DNA of 63,951 nucleotides, filler included, from Octopus bimaculoides (taxonomy: Eukaryota): assembly GCF_001194135.2 (NCBI RefSeq). It is 4 parts of 3 records of this genome, joined end to end, with 100 filler letters (N's around TTAATTAATTAA, not from the genome) between each part and the next. Parts side by side here need not be neighbours in the genome. Positions count along the whole stretch, not along the records: positions 1 to 28,892 come from NC_068983.1; 3 more parts are not named here. One strand, given 5' to 3'. Shown piece by piece: positions 12,474-22,345 of this stretch. How positions within the stretch are numbered: position 1 is the stretch's first letter; each line of letters starts with the position of its first letter. Below the pieces are notes generated by a model that had not been told where the DNA came from, did no database searches, and saw only the letters and a program-made list of their open reading frames with translations. The translations under genes and the position numbers were made by a program.

Positions 12474-12660
12474 CAGGCACAGGTGTGGTGAAGAAGTTTT
12501 GCTTTACGACCTTGTGGTTCCATGCCCTGTCCCACTGCACAGCACACTGGGCAAAAATATCTGCTTTAATCTTAGGTTGACTGAAGCCTTGTGAGTGGAT
12601 TTGGTAGATGGAAACTGAAAAGAATCCTATTATGTGTGTGTGTGTGTGTGTGTATGTATA
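12474..12660 (+). mobile_element. tRNA-derived SINE (family A, microsatellite tail)
   Basis: ggcacaggtgtgg...ggttccatgccctgtcccactgcacagc...gccttgtgagtggatttggtagatggaaactgaaa followed by (tg)n(ta)n. Same family as 21215, 27205, 50470, 60790 and 63783. Confidence 0.75.
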
Positions 12661-13174
12661 TATATATATATATACAGGGGTTGGACAAAATAATAGAAAC
12701 GCCTAACATCAAAAGCTTGTTTATTTTTATGTTTTTTGATTTATTATTAGTGTTGCTTAACCCTTTTGTTACAATATTTCTGACCAAAATACACCCCTCA
12801 TGAGTTTCAATTAAATTCTAAAATAATCATGAATTTAGACTAGTTTCATTAAACAGCTGTAACTTTTTTACTTATTAATATATTAATGTGATATTTGGAA
12901 CATAATTAAAGAAATGGTTCTTAATCAATTCTATTGCATAACTTTTGTCTCAAAGTGACTCTAATTACAGGTAAACTGAGCAAAAGGTAAAAATATTAAA
13001 ATTTTTGTTTAAACATCACCATAGAAAATGAATCATCAGCTAATATTTCAATTGGGTATGCAACAAAATTTTGATATAGAAAAATTGTGCACATCACTAG
13101 ATTATCAGTTGAATTTAATGCACAACAGAACAGGTGTACCATAAAGGTGAAATAAACTGAAATACTGGAATCCA

Positions 13175-14018
13175 CCTAAATCCACCGCAAGTTTGACCGA
13201 ACCCAAAAATTCGTCTAAAAATAATATACAGCCCTGGTTATGGTATGGAAGTGATAAATTCCGGGCTACATCGTACCATAGGCCATGCTGACTAACATTA
13301 TTTTCCTTATATAAACACTAAATCCACAGCAGTACCCAGTATTTGCTTCACAAATTTTCCAAAATTTGATCCCCCATTTTGTGGATTTTCCTGGCATATA
13401 CTGTTTGTTTACATTTTGCGTAACAGTTTGTTTCTGCAGTGATCGCTTCAAACAAGCATACTGGAAAAAATAAAAGTCTAACAGTTTCGCTTCCTTAGAA
13501 AGACTATGTATAGACCCCATCTCCTCAGAAAAATTGCTAATAACAACATTTTTAAAGTTTTTACTTCATTCTGATGTAAAATCATCTTTCCTGTCGCTAT
13601 CGCTGCTTTTGGTTTCGAATACAAAAATATCCCATTCATTCTCATACACCACATGCTTTTGTACCTCATTCATTCTTTTTCTCGATATCTCCATCTTTTC
13701 CATTAAAAAACCTTTAAATTCGGAATCACTGCTTAATAGCATGAAACTCTTATCCATTTACACAGTTGAAAAAAAAATCGACTCTGAAAAAATGTGGAAA
13801 AAATTCCCCCAAAATTCACTGAGTTCAGATATCACATCAAACAATGTCAGATACTATAACTCAACTATTTACAAAGTGAAATCACGTATTTTTACGAATG
13901 TACTAATGAGATTTGTGCTTAAATTCACATTTAAATAACAATGGGTACTCTCAGCCAAGTTGGTCTTATGAACCAAGAAATTTTTCGGCCAGCTACAGCC
14001 TGGTTAGTATCAAAACGG
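13175..14018 (-). mobile_element. 3'-truncated piggyBac (PGBD4-like) element nested in Tc1
   Basis: QYMPGKSTKWGIKFWKICEANTGYCCGFSVY...GLWYDVARNLSLPYHNQGCILFLDEF. The 5' terminus reads TTAA|CCG on the minus strand (TTAA at 14019-14022). Confidence 0.8.
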
Positions 14019-14566
14019 TTAATATGTTTTGCTAAAAATGCTGTTTCTTTTCAGATATCATCAGAAAAAGGTAATTAAAATTCATTAAAATCACAGATTT
14101 ATCGAACTTTCAAAGAGGTCAAATTGTTGGTGCCTGTATGGTAGGCGCTAGCATAACGAAAACAGCCAAAATGTTTGGTGTATCAAGAAGTACTGTCTCA
14201 AAAGTCATAAAAGCCTTTGAGAAAGAGGGAAAAACTTCCTTGTTGGAACAAAACTCCGGAAGAAAACCAAAACTTTCACATAGGGACCATCGGACTCTTA
14301 TGTGGATTGTTAGAAAGGATCACAAAAGTACAGCTCCCAAAATTACTGCAGAGTTTAATGACTACCTTGAGAACCCAGTTTCTACACAAACTGTTTGCCA
14401 GGAGCTGCACAAAACCAGATTTCACAGAAGGGCTGCAATCAGAAAACCGCTACTTTCAAAAACAGACGTTGCAAAGTGTTTAGAGTAGAGAAAAAACCTA
14501 CAGAATTGGGATAGAGCAGTGGAAAAATGTTATTTTCTTGGACGAATCATCCTTTACCTTATTTCT

Positions 14567-14792
14567 TATTTCTTTACTGCCCACAAGGGGCTACACACAG
14601 AGGGGACAGACAAGGACAGACAAACGGATTAAGTCGATTATATCGACCCCAGTGTGTAACTGGTACTTATTTAATCGACTTCGAAAGGATGAAAAGCAAA
14701 GTCGACCTCGGCGGAATTTGAACTCAGAATGTAGCAGCAGACGAAATACCGCTTAGCATTTCGCCCGGCGTGCTAACATTTCTGCCAGCTCA
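14567..14792 (-). mobile_element. tRNA-derived SINE (family B, Meta/Sauria-like core) with a perfect 16-bp TSD
   Basis: TSD cctttaccttatttct at 14551-14566 and 14793-14808. Minus strand shows A/B-box-like head and ctttgcttttcatcctttcgaagtcgattaaataagtaccag core. Confidence 0.9.
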
Positions 14793-15106
14793 CCTTTACC
14801 TTATTTCTGACGACCAGCCGAGTATATGTGTGGAGACAGTCAAAAGAAGCATTTGACCTAGAGTGCCTTCTTCCTTTTGTTAACCATAGAGGAGGGTCTG
14901 TGATGATCTGGGGGACTATATCTTGGAAATCCGCCAGCCCAATGGTTTCCCTCCATGGCAGAATTAATAGTCATGCTACCCAAATGCCAAAAGAATATTT
15001 TTCTCCCTTGTGTTCTGACCACCCTAACTCTACACCCTCTCTTTCTCTCTCTCTCTCTCTCAGCCTCACTGTCTGTCTGTCTGTCTCTCTCGATAGAGAG
15101 AGAGAG

Positions 15107-16462
15107 AGGTAGATAGCCCTGCTCGATCTGTAGAAAAGGCATAGGTAGAAACTCTATAAGACGTACCCAGTGTAAGCTATGTACACATAAGAGGTGCAGC
15201 AATATCAAAGGAAGGCTAACTAGCAAGATAGTTTTTGTATGTGGCAGTTGCTCAGGACCAATAAACACTGAAAATGTGCAGAGAACAATTGCCGCATTCC
15301 AGGGAGAAAAACTAGAAGTAGTTGATAGCTTCCGTTACCTAGGTGACCAAGTCATTAGCGGGGGTGGGTGCACTGAAAGTAGCTGCTAGAATAAGAATAG
15401 CCTTGGCTATAGTTCAGAGAGCTCTTACCTCTGCTGGTGACAAAGGGCCTCTCATTCAGAGTAAAAGATAGACTGTATGACACATGTGTACAAACAGCCA
15501 TGCTACATTGCAGTGAAATATGGGCTGTGACTGCTGAGGACATGCGTAAGCTTGCAAGGAATGAAGCCAGTATGCTCCGCTGGATGTGTAATGTCAGTGT
15601 GCATATGCGACAGAGTGTAAGTACCTTGAGAGAAAAGTTGGACCTAAGAAGCATCAGATGTGGTGTGCAAGAGAAACGACTGCACTAGTATGCTCATGCG
15701 GAGAGAATTAATGATGATAGCTGTGTGAAAAAGTGCCACACCCTAGCGGTTGAGGGAACTTGTGGAAGAAGTAGACCCAGGAAGACCTGGGGTGAGGTTG
15801 TGAAGCATGACCTTCGAACATTAGGCCTCATCGAGGCAATGACTAGTGACTGAGACCTTTGGAAATATGCTGTGCGTGAGAAGACCCAGCAAACCAAATG
15901 AGACCATAACCCATGGCCTATGCCAGGTTTGTAACCAGCCCACTTATGCGTACCTTTCCTTCATTGGACACTAAACTCTGCTTGCGAAGACCTGTTGAGG
16001 CAAGTGAAATCAAAATCAAATTCAGTGAGTGGCATCCGTGCTAGTGGAGCACTAAGAGCACCATCCAAGAGTCATCATTGCCAGAGCAGCTGGCTGGCTT
16101 CTGTGCCAGTGGCACGTAAAAAGCACCATTCAAGCATGATCGTTACTAGCATCTTCTTATTGGCACTTGTTCCGGTGGCACATGAAAAAATATTCAAGCG
16201 AGGTCATTGCCACTGCACTTGGCACGCAAAAAACACCATTTGAGTGGGGCCATTGCCAGTACCGCCTGACTGGCTCTCATGCCGATGCATGTAAAAGCAC
16301 CCACTACACTCTCAGAGTGGTTGGCATTAGGAAGGACATCCAGCTGTAGAAACTCTGTCAAATCAGATTGGAGCCTGGTGCAGCCCTCTGGTTCGCCAGT
16401 CCTCAGTCAAATCCTCCAACCCATACCTGCATGGAAAGCGGACATTAAACGATGATGATGAT
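15107..16462 (+). mobile_element. 5'-truncated RTE LINE nested in Tc1
   Basis: TKGLSFRVKDRLYDTCVQTAMLHCSEIWAVT...; 3' UTR repeats; ends gcggacattaaacgatgatgatg. Confidence 0.9.
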
Positions 16463-17193
16463 TTATCTGATCAAATTCATCCTATAGTTGCGGAACTGTT
16501 TCCAGAGAGAAATGCAATTTTTCAGGATGATAATACACCAATTCAAACAGCTAAAGTTGTTCCTGAATGGCACAAGGAACATTCTAGTGAAGTTGAACAT
16601 CTTATCTGGTCACAAGTCTCCATCTCAATATTTTTGAACATTTTTGATGCATTTTAGAAAAACAAGTAAGGAGTTGATATCTTCTTCCATCATGACTACA
16701 AGATCTGGAGATTGTTTTAGCTGAAGAATGGACAAAAATTTTTTTGGAAACAATTCAAACTTTGTACGAGTTCATACCTCATAGAATTCAAGCTGTAATT
16801 ACTGCCAAAGGCAGTCCTAACACATATTAAAATAAATTTGTTTGAAATTTTTAAGGTGTTTCCATTAATTTGTCCAACCACTGTATATATATGTATGTGT
16901 ATGTATATGTGTTCATGTTTCTTTCATTGAATATCATTGACATACAAGCAGTATCATTTGCTTTTGTGAAAACATGTCTGGCTATTGTACTTTCCCAAAC
17001 ATGGAAAAATAGATGTTAAAACAATGATGATGATTTATTTTGATAATATAACTCATTCATGGAAATGGGAACAAGCATTAGAAAGTAATTTCACATGCTC
17101 TACTGCGCACTCCAACTTACTGCAGCTAGAATTTTCCAAAAATGATGGTATGACAATTGTTTTTCATTGTTAATAATTTTATTTTTATTTCAG

Positions 17194-17351
17194 GCGAAGA
17201 TAGTAGCAATGTGATTGGATTAAATGGCCGTCCTATCACTGCAGTAACAAGTGCACTAAGACCTGAACAGCAACTACGGGAACTTGCACACAAGCATCAG
17301 ATTGAGGTGCACTTTCAGAACTATGCAGTTCAGCCAGACTTTAGTGGCAAG
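17194..17351 (+). CDS. stau: Staufen, internal exon (N-terminal part of divergent dsRBD5)
   Basis: tttcag|GC...AAG|gtaata. Encodes (S)EDSSNVIGLNGRPITAVTSALRPEQQLRELAHKHQIEVHFQNYAVQPDFSGK, with an RP.QQL..LA helix-1 motif. Confidence 0.88.
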
Positions 17352-17384
17352 GTAATAAATTCATTTTTATTGCATTATTCTTGG

Positions 17385-17500
17385 AGTGGTTGGTGTTAGG
17401 AAGAGCATCCAGCTGTAGAAACACTGCCAGATCAGATTGGAGCCTGGTGCAGCCACTGGCTCTCCAGACCTCGCACAACATGGAAAACAGATGGGCAGCT
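17385..17500 (+). mobile_element. Short RTE 3' UTR fragment
   Basis: gttggtgttaggaagagcatccagctgtagaaacactgccagatcagattggagcctggtgcagcc, the same block as in other copies. Confidence 0.75.
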
Positions 17501-17829
17501 CTTCCTCCTCCTCCTTACTATGTTTTTGAATTCCTAAGCAATCTATTTCAATCATTAAAGAAGTATTGGAAAATCTCTCCAGTTGACTAATTCATGAGTG
17601 GCGACAGTGTGGGTAGCAGATACATCAAATCTAATCAATTTTGGGATATTAACATTGGTATATAACTTATTGCTATTAGTTTGAAAATTTAAAAATCTTT
17701 GCTATCAGCAGTCAAATGTAAATAGAATAGATTTCTCTGAAACAAAATACAAAATATATTCATTTACATTTTCAATTTTGATTCCAGCAAATTTATCCCT
17801 TGAAAAATAGTTCCAGCATGGCCGCAGTC

Positions 17830-18398
17830 AGATCTTTTTTAAAACGGGGGCCACATTTTTCATTAACGAAACACTTTGAAACTTGGAACACTGGTAGAAT
17901 GTGTCATATAAAACATCTTTTTTCTCTTAGTCTTCTTAAAAAAAAAAGAAATTCATAAGTTATTCCATGTTAAAGTTGTCGTATTTCTGTAATTTCAACC
18001 AATCACTGACGTCCATTCAGCCGATATACATTAAGTGCCGACTACATAAACAAACGATTCTGAAACAATTAACCCTAACCCTAACCCTAGGGCTAGGGTT
18101 AGGGTTAAAGCAAATTTAAAATGAAAAAAGCAAATAAAACGAAGGTATGGAGATTAAATACACTTTACATTGCTTAATCAGCCAAAAGAGTAAATGTAAA
18201 CAACTGAATACTTGTCAGTGATTGGTTGAAATTATCGAAATAAGACAATTTTTTACATGAAATAAATTCGAATACAAAAATATTTTTCTGTTCTGTAACA
18301 CAAAATAAATAAGTATACGAAGTTTGAAAGTCTTTCCGTACCAAAAACACTACGTAAAACATTAATGAAAAATGTGGCCCCCGTTTTAAAATAGATCC
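17830..18398. mobile_element. 569-bp MITE (Merlin-like termini), 8-bp TSD, central telomere-repeat palindrome
   Basis: About 37-bp TIRs (a/g)gatct.ttttaaaacgggggccacatttttcattaa. TSD ccgcagtc at 17822-17829 and 18399-18406. Internal IR aatttcaaccaatcactgac / gtcagtgattggttgaaatt. The superfamily call rests only on the GG terminus and 8-bp TSD. Confidence 0.85.
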
Positions 18399-20360
18399 CC
18401 GCAGTCAAATGACAGAAACAAATAAAAGAATGTAGATTATTTCTTAAGTAAAACTCAAGCATAAAATTCTGAATAGCTTGTGATTTCTAATATTGCAAAA
18501 CTGACTAAGTCCATATAAATTAAACATTACTTTCATGGTTTTATAATTGAATTAACTAACTGAGTCTTTAAGATGTAAAGAATCTACTTAAAAAAACTTG
18601 CATTTTTATTTTAATTTGTTCTACAAATATTGAATGCTTAAAAAAAAAGCTTTGTGTTTTTCAATTGTTTTAACTTGCAAAGTTTCTGTGTCTTACCATT
18701 TATGTATAATATTGCTCTGTGTTAACCAAATTTTAATGTTTTATGTTTCTTTTGTGTAAAACGTGAACAAATGTTTTTTGACAGTTTACATTGATTTTGA
18801 GGAAAATTTCTGTAGGGATGTGTTAGTATGTGTGTATATGTGTTAACTGGTTAACATTTTATATTTGTGTTATATTTGTGTGTAATAGTGTATGTGTATA
18901 GTTGTTGGATTGTGTGTACATATTAAGTATAGTTGTATGGGTGGTGTGTACATATTAAGTATGTATTCATGTTTGTGGTAGATTAGTAAGTCATCTGGGT
19001 CTTTTCTACTCCTCCACCTCAAAATCATCTATCAGTCTATCTCTCTATCTATCAATCAATTTAAATCTGAATAGAAGGCTATACTGTCGTGCTGGTATTT
19101 TAACTCATGTGAACTCTGTTTTTTCTGTTGTATAAGCACTATGATCTACTGGAGTCAAAGTAAGTATTTTAAAATTTTGCAATAATAGGTTCTCTATAAA
19201 TTGAATCATTGCTTGGTTTCAGAACCCTCCCCTTTTATTTTTGTTGTTGTTGTTTGTGCTGAAGCTGTTGTTGTTTTACATCCATTACACAGATAGATTG
19301 TTTTTTTTCACTAATCATTTCAACTATAAAATATAAGTAGAACCCAGTCTCGTTGTCAATGAAGAAATGAGAATTACGCTTTGCCAACTCCAAACATCTG
19401 TTGGAATTTACAACAAGCTGAATTTGTACCAAACATTAGTATTTTGAATCTTGTCGTTATGTGGCATTGTGTCTTTTAATGGTTTGGTCTAGAAGAAAAC
19501 GAAACTGTGCTTGTGGCCTTCACAGGTCCTCTTAGACTAGTGAGACTGAACAGTTATTGGGAAAACAAGTTGGGAGAGAATTCCAGAGGGCTTCTTGGAA
19601 ATGCCATTAGTGCTGGGATGGGGGTGGACTACTGGTGATCTAAGAACTAAAATCTCAGTTTAATCCACAAAACTATCTAGGTACTGTAGGAGTAGAGCAA
19701 TGTCCATGTGTTACCAGTGGGAGCATTGTAACTTAATTGAGTGTTTCTTTGACTTGCAAAGTTCAATTCATTTTGTTTGTGTTTCAGGTAGAAGAATTGG
19801 ATCTCAGTAATCTCTTTTAGAATTGAATAGAACAGATTGTGTATTAATATATATCTTTAATTGTGAAAATTGAAGTAACTTCATTTTTTAAACTACATGG
19901 ATGCTCTTCTACTGCTAACCACTCAATTGTAAGATAAGCAATTTGGATCTTACACAGTTCTGTTTCTTACTCAGATGCACAATATAATGATTGTAGCAAA
20001 ATTTGAACACATTATGATATGGTCAGTAGTCTAGCACATTAACCTCACATCCATCAGACTCTTGTATCAATCAATCATTCATTCATTCATGAAGATGAAC
20101 TTTTTCTTGCACTACTACCAGTCAGTTTATTTCTGTTTGTCTTTTAGGTATCAAAATAGTTTTATTTTAATTTAGAATAGTTTAGGAATATCATGCCTTT
20201 TAGGAAAATTGTGATTTAATTAACTGCATTTGAAAGTAATTAAATAGTTATAGTGGGATTGCCTATTGTCTAGGAGCACAATGTAGTAATTTGGTGCATT
20301 AACCATTTTATCTTGATGTCTTTGTTAGAAATTGTTATTTATACAATACCTTTATTTCAG

Positions 20361-20548
20361 AATACTCCTAGTGAATGTTTGAGTCGAGTGTCTTTGTCCA
20401 CTGACCCTCCACAAGTCCTACATGGTACAGGGCCTACACTGGAATCTTCTCGTGATGCTGCTGCTCTTCAAGCTCTCAAGATGTTGGCCGAGAAAGGTCT
20501 TTCTGTTGTGGTGAATGATATAGATAAAAAAATGAATAGTGGAGATCG
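20361..20548 (+). CDS. stau: Staufen, exon with the C-terminal part of dsRBD5
   Basis: tttcag|AAT...GAT CG|gtgagt. Encodes NTPSECLSRVSLSTDPPQVLHGTGPTLESSRDAAALQALKMLAEKGLSVVVNDIDKKMNSGD(R), matching the dsRBD5 S..PP.V.HG.G.T.E.S.D.AAL..L..L motif. Read-through gives CGG TGA (stop at 20550-20552). Confidence 0.92.
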
Positions 20549-21214
20549 GTGAGTTATTCTTGAGACTGCTGCTTTTTCTTTTCTTTTTCTTTTTTCCTCC
20601 CTTCTGTCAGTGTGAATGTATCTTTCTTGACTTCTGTTTTATTCTTCTACATTCTGCATGGGAATTTTATCTTGAGAGATTTATCTCTGGATGCCTTTTG
20701 TTAGTATATTTATAACTAAAATACAGCCATGATGTGTTTCAATGAAATTCTAAAAATTTCATAAAACAAAGATTTATTGACATACGAATGTGGTTTTTGG
20801 AACACAATTTAACAAAATGTTCTAATATAAATATATTGCATAATTTTTATCTCAAAATAACCTAACTATTAGTAAATATAGGTAAATTATTCAGATTTTG
20901 TGAATACATCATGATAAAAAAATGGTTAAAGAACATGATTGCAATGTAAAAATGGTTAAAGAACATGATTGCACATTTTTGATTTTCAATGCATATTAAA
21001 TATGTCCACTGTAAAGATAAATAGCACAAAATACTGGAATTTCTGTTTGAAGAAAAGTACAAAATGAAGTAAATAAATTCACATATAGATACATGCAGAC
21101 ACACTAGTTATTCACTAATTAATTAAACAAAATGTGAGTGCACCTTGTAAATAATCAAAATAAAAAAAAATTGGAAATTAGGTAAACTTGAAAATGTATT
21201 TAAAAACAAAATTC

Positions 21215-21345
21215 TAGCATGGTTGTGTTGTAAGAAATTTTCTTTCCAACCATGTGGTCCAGGTTCAGTCTTACTGTGTGGCACCCTGTGTGCCTTATGA
21301 GTGAATTTGGTTGGCAGAAACTGAAAGCAGCCTCTGTGTGTGTAA
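21215..21345 (+). mobile_element. SINE family A (degenerate)
   Basis: gcatggttgtgttgtaagaaattttctttccaaccatgtggtccaggttcagtcttactgtgtggcacc... Confidence 0.65.
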
Positions 21346-22242
21346 TCTTGCAGAATGTACATTTGTACATTGAAAAGTCATTTCAATTAATTGTCCTTTC
21401 TTGATATTGGCATTCTTGGCACAGGTTTTTTTTTTTTTTTTGTGGGGGGAGGGTGCAATCATCAATTTTCCTCTGTTGTAAGAAAATTGACTGCACCCTG
21501 AGGGACATTCTTACACCATTATGAGACATCTTTCTCTAACAGTTTTTTTATCATTGTTCTAATTGAGGTTCACAAATGGTGTGCCATTTTAATACACATG
21601 TAGTTGGTCATAAATAGATTGGAACAAATTTCCTTCTGCTGTTGAATTATTTCACTTCTTAAAATTTTTTTATTGTGTCATTTTATATCCCACAGCAAGC
21701 TGGATAAAAATGAAAAACCAGTCAAAACCTAATATATGATCCAGGTTTATAGAACCAGAAGCATGTATTATTTGGATGGGTTTCAGAATGTCAAGTTTAA
21801 TGTAGTGCAGGAACACTCGAGAGAAAAAACTCTTGCATGTGATATGCTCAGAATGAAGGATTAATGACATATATTACATTTTAGATAATGTAGAGAGCTG
21901 AGGTAATATATTATATTGTAGGTAATGTACAGAGAGTTGAGGAACTGAAATGCAGCTAGTTGTAGTTGTATAAGTAGTAAGTATGGTTATAATGAATGCA
22001 GGAGACCGATAACTAACATGACACCCTTCTTGTTGCAGTAGAAATATGACTACCAGAGCCTCAATCTTTGGCTTCGAGTTTCTTTGTAATGAATGGCTTC
22101 TTGACCAAACAATCTTTTAAATGTTGCAATGTATGCTTTTAGACTACTCCATAACAGAGTATATATATAGCCTTTTCAGTAGCCATGTAAATATATGATG
22201 TAATCTTGATACTAATATATTTTATTTTTTGTTTCTATTCAG

Positions 22243-22345
22243 TTCTCCATTGAAACTCGATGGCTTTGAGAAACTATCTAACTCTTCAGCTAATATCCAT
22301 ACCGACCACCAGAACCCCAGCATTGTCAGCGAGCAGCAACAGTAA
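22243..22345 (+). CDS. stau: Staufen, predicted terminal coding exon
   Basis: tttttgtttctattcag|T TCT...CAG TAA. Phase 2 matches the preceding donor. Encodes (R)SPLKLDGFEKLSNSSANIHTDHQNPSIVSEQQQ*. The six exons total 765 nt = 255 codons with no internal stop. No homology support recalled for this tail. Confidence 0.7.

Larger units (their letters stand above)
12675..16883 (+). mobile_element. Full-length Tc1 (DD34E) transposon carrying three nested insertions
   Basis: About 30-bp TIRs: (ta)caggggttggacaaaataatagaaac at 12675 and gtttccattaatttgtccaaccactg(ta) ending 16883. Transposase TDLSNFQRGQIVGA...GRKPKLS...IFLDESSFTLF...GGSVMIWG..., resuming LSDQIHP...FQDDN...RIQAVITAKG. Confidence 0.9.

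Noticed and set aside
18069-18108. True telomere or ancient chromosome fusion site
   Set aside because: Only about six repeat units, and they lie within a MITE with TIRs and a TSD.
7861-20548. Alternative identity of the dsRBD gene as ADAR, TRBP/loquacious or ILF3
   Set aside because: NKK.AKRNAAE..L..LG, QP.KPA.K, KVTF and the terminal degenerate dsRBD fit Staufen. No deaminase domain follows.
20925-20985. 30-bp tandem duplication (aaaaatggttaaagaacatgattgca x2)
   Set aside because: Ordinary local slippage duplication with no other signal.
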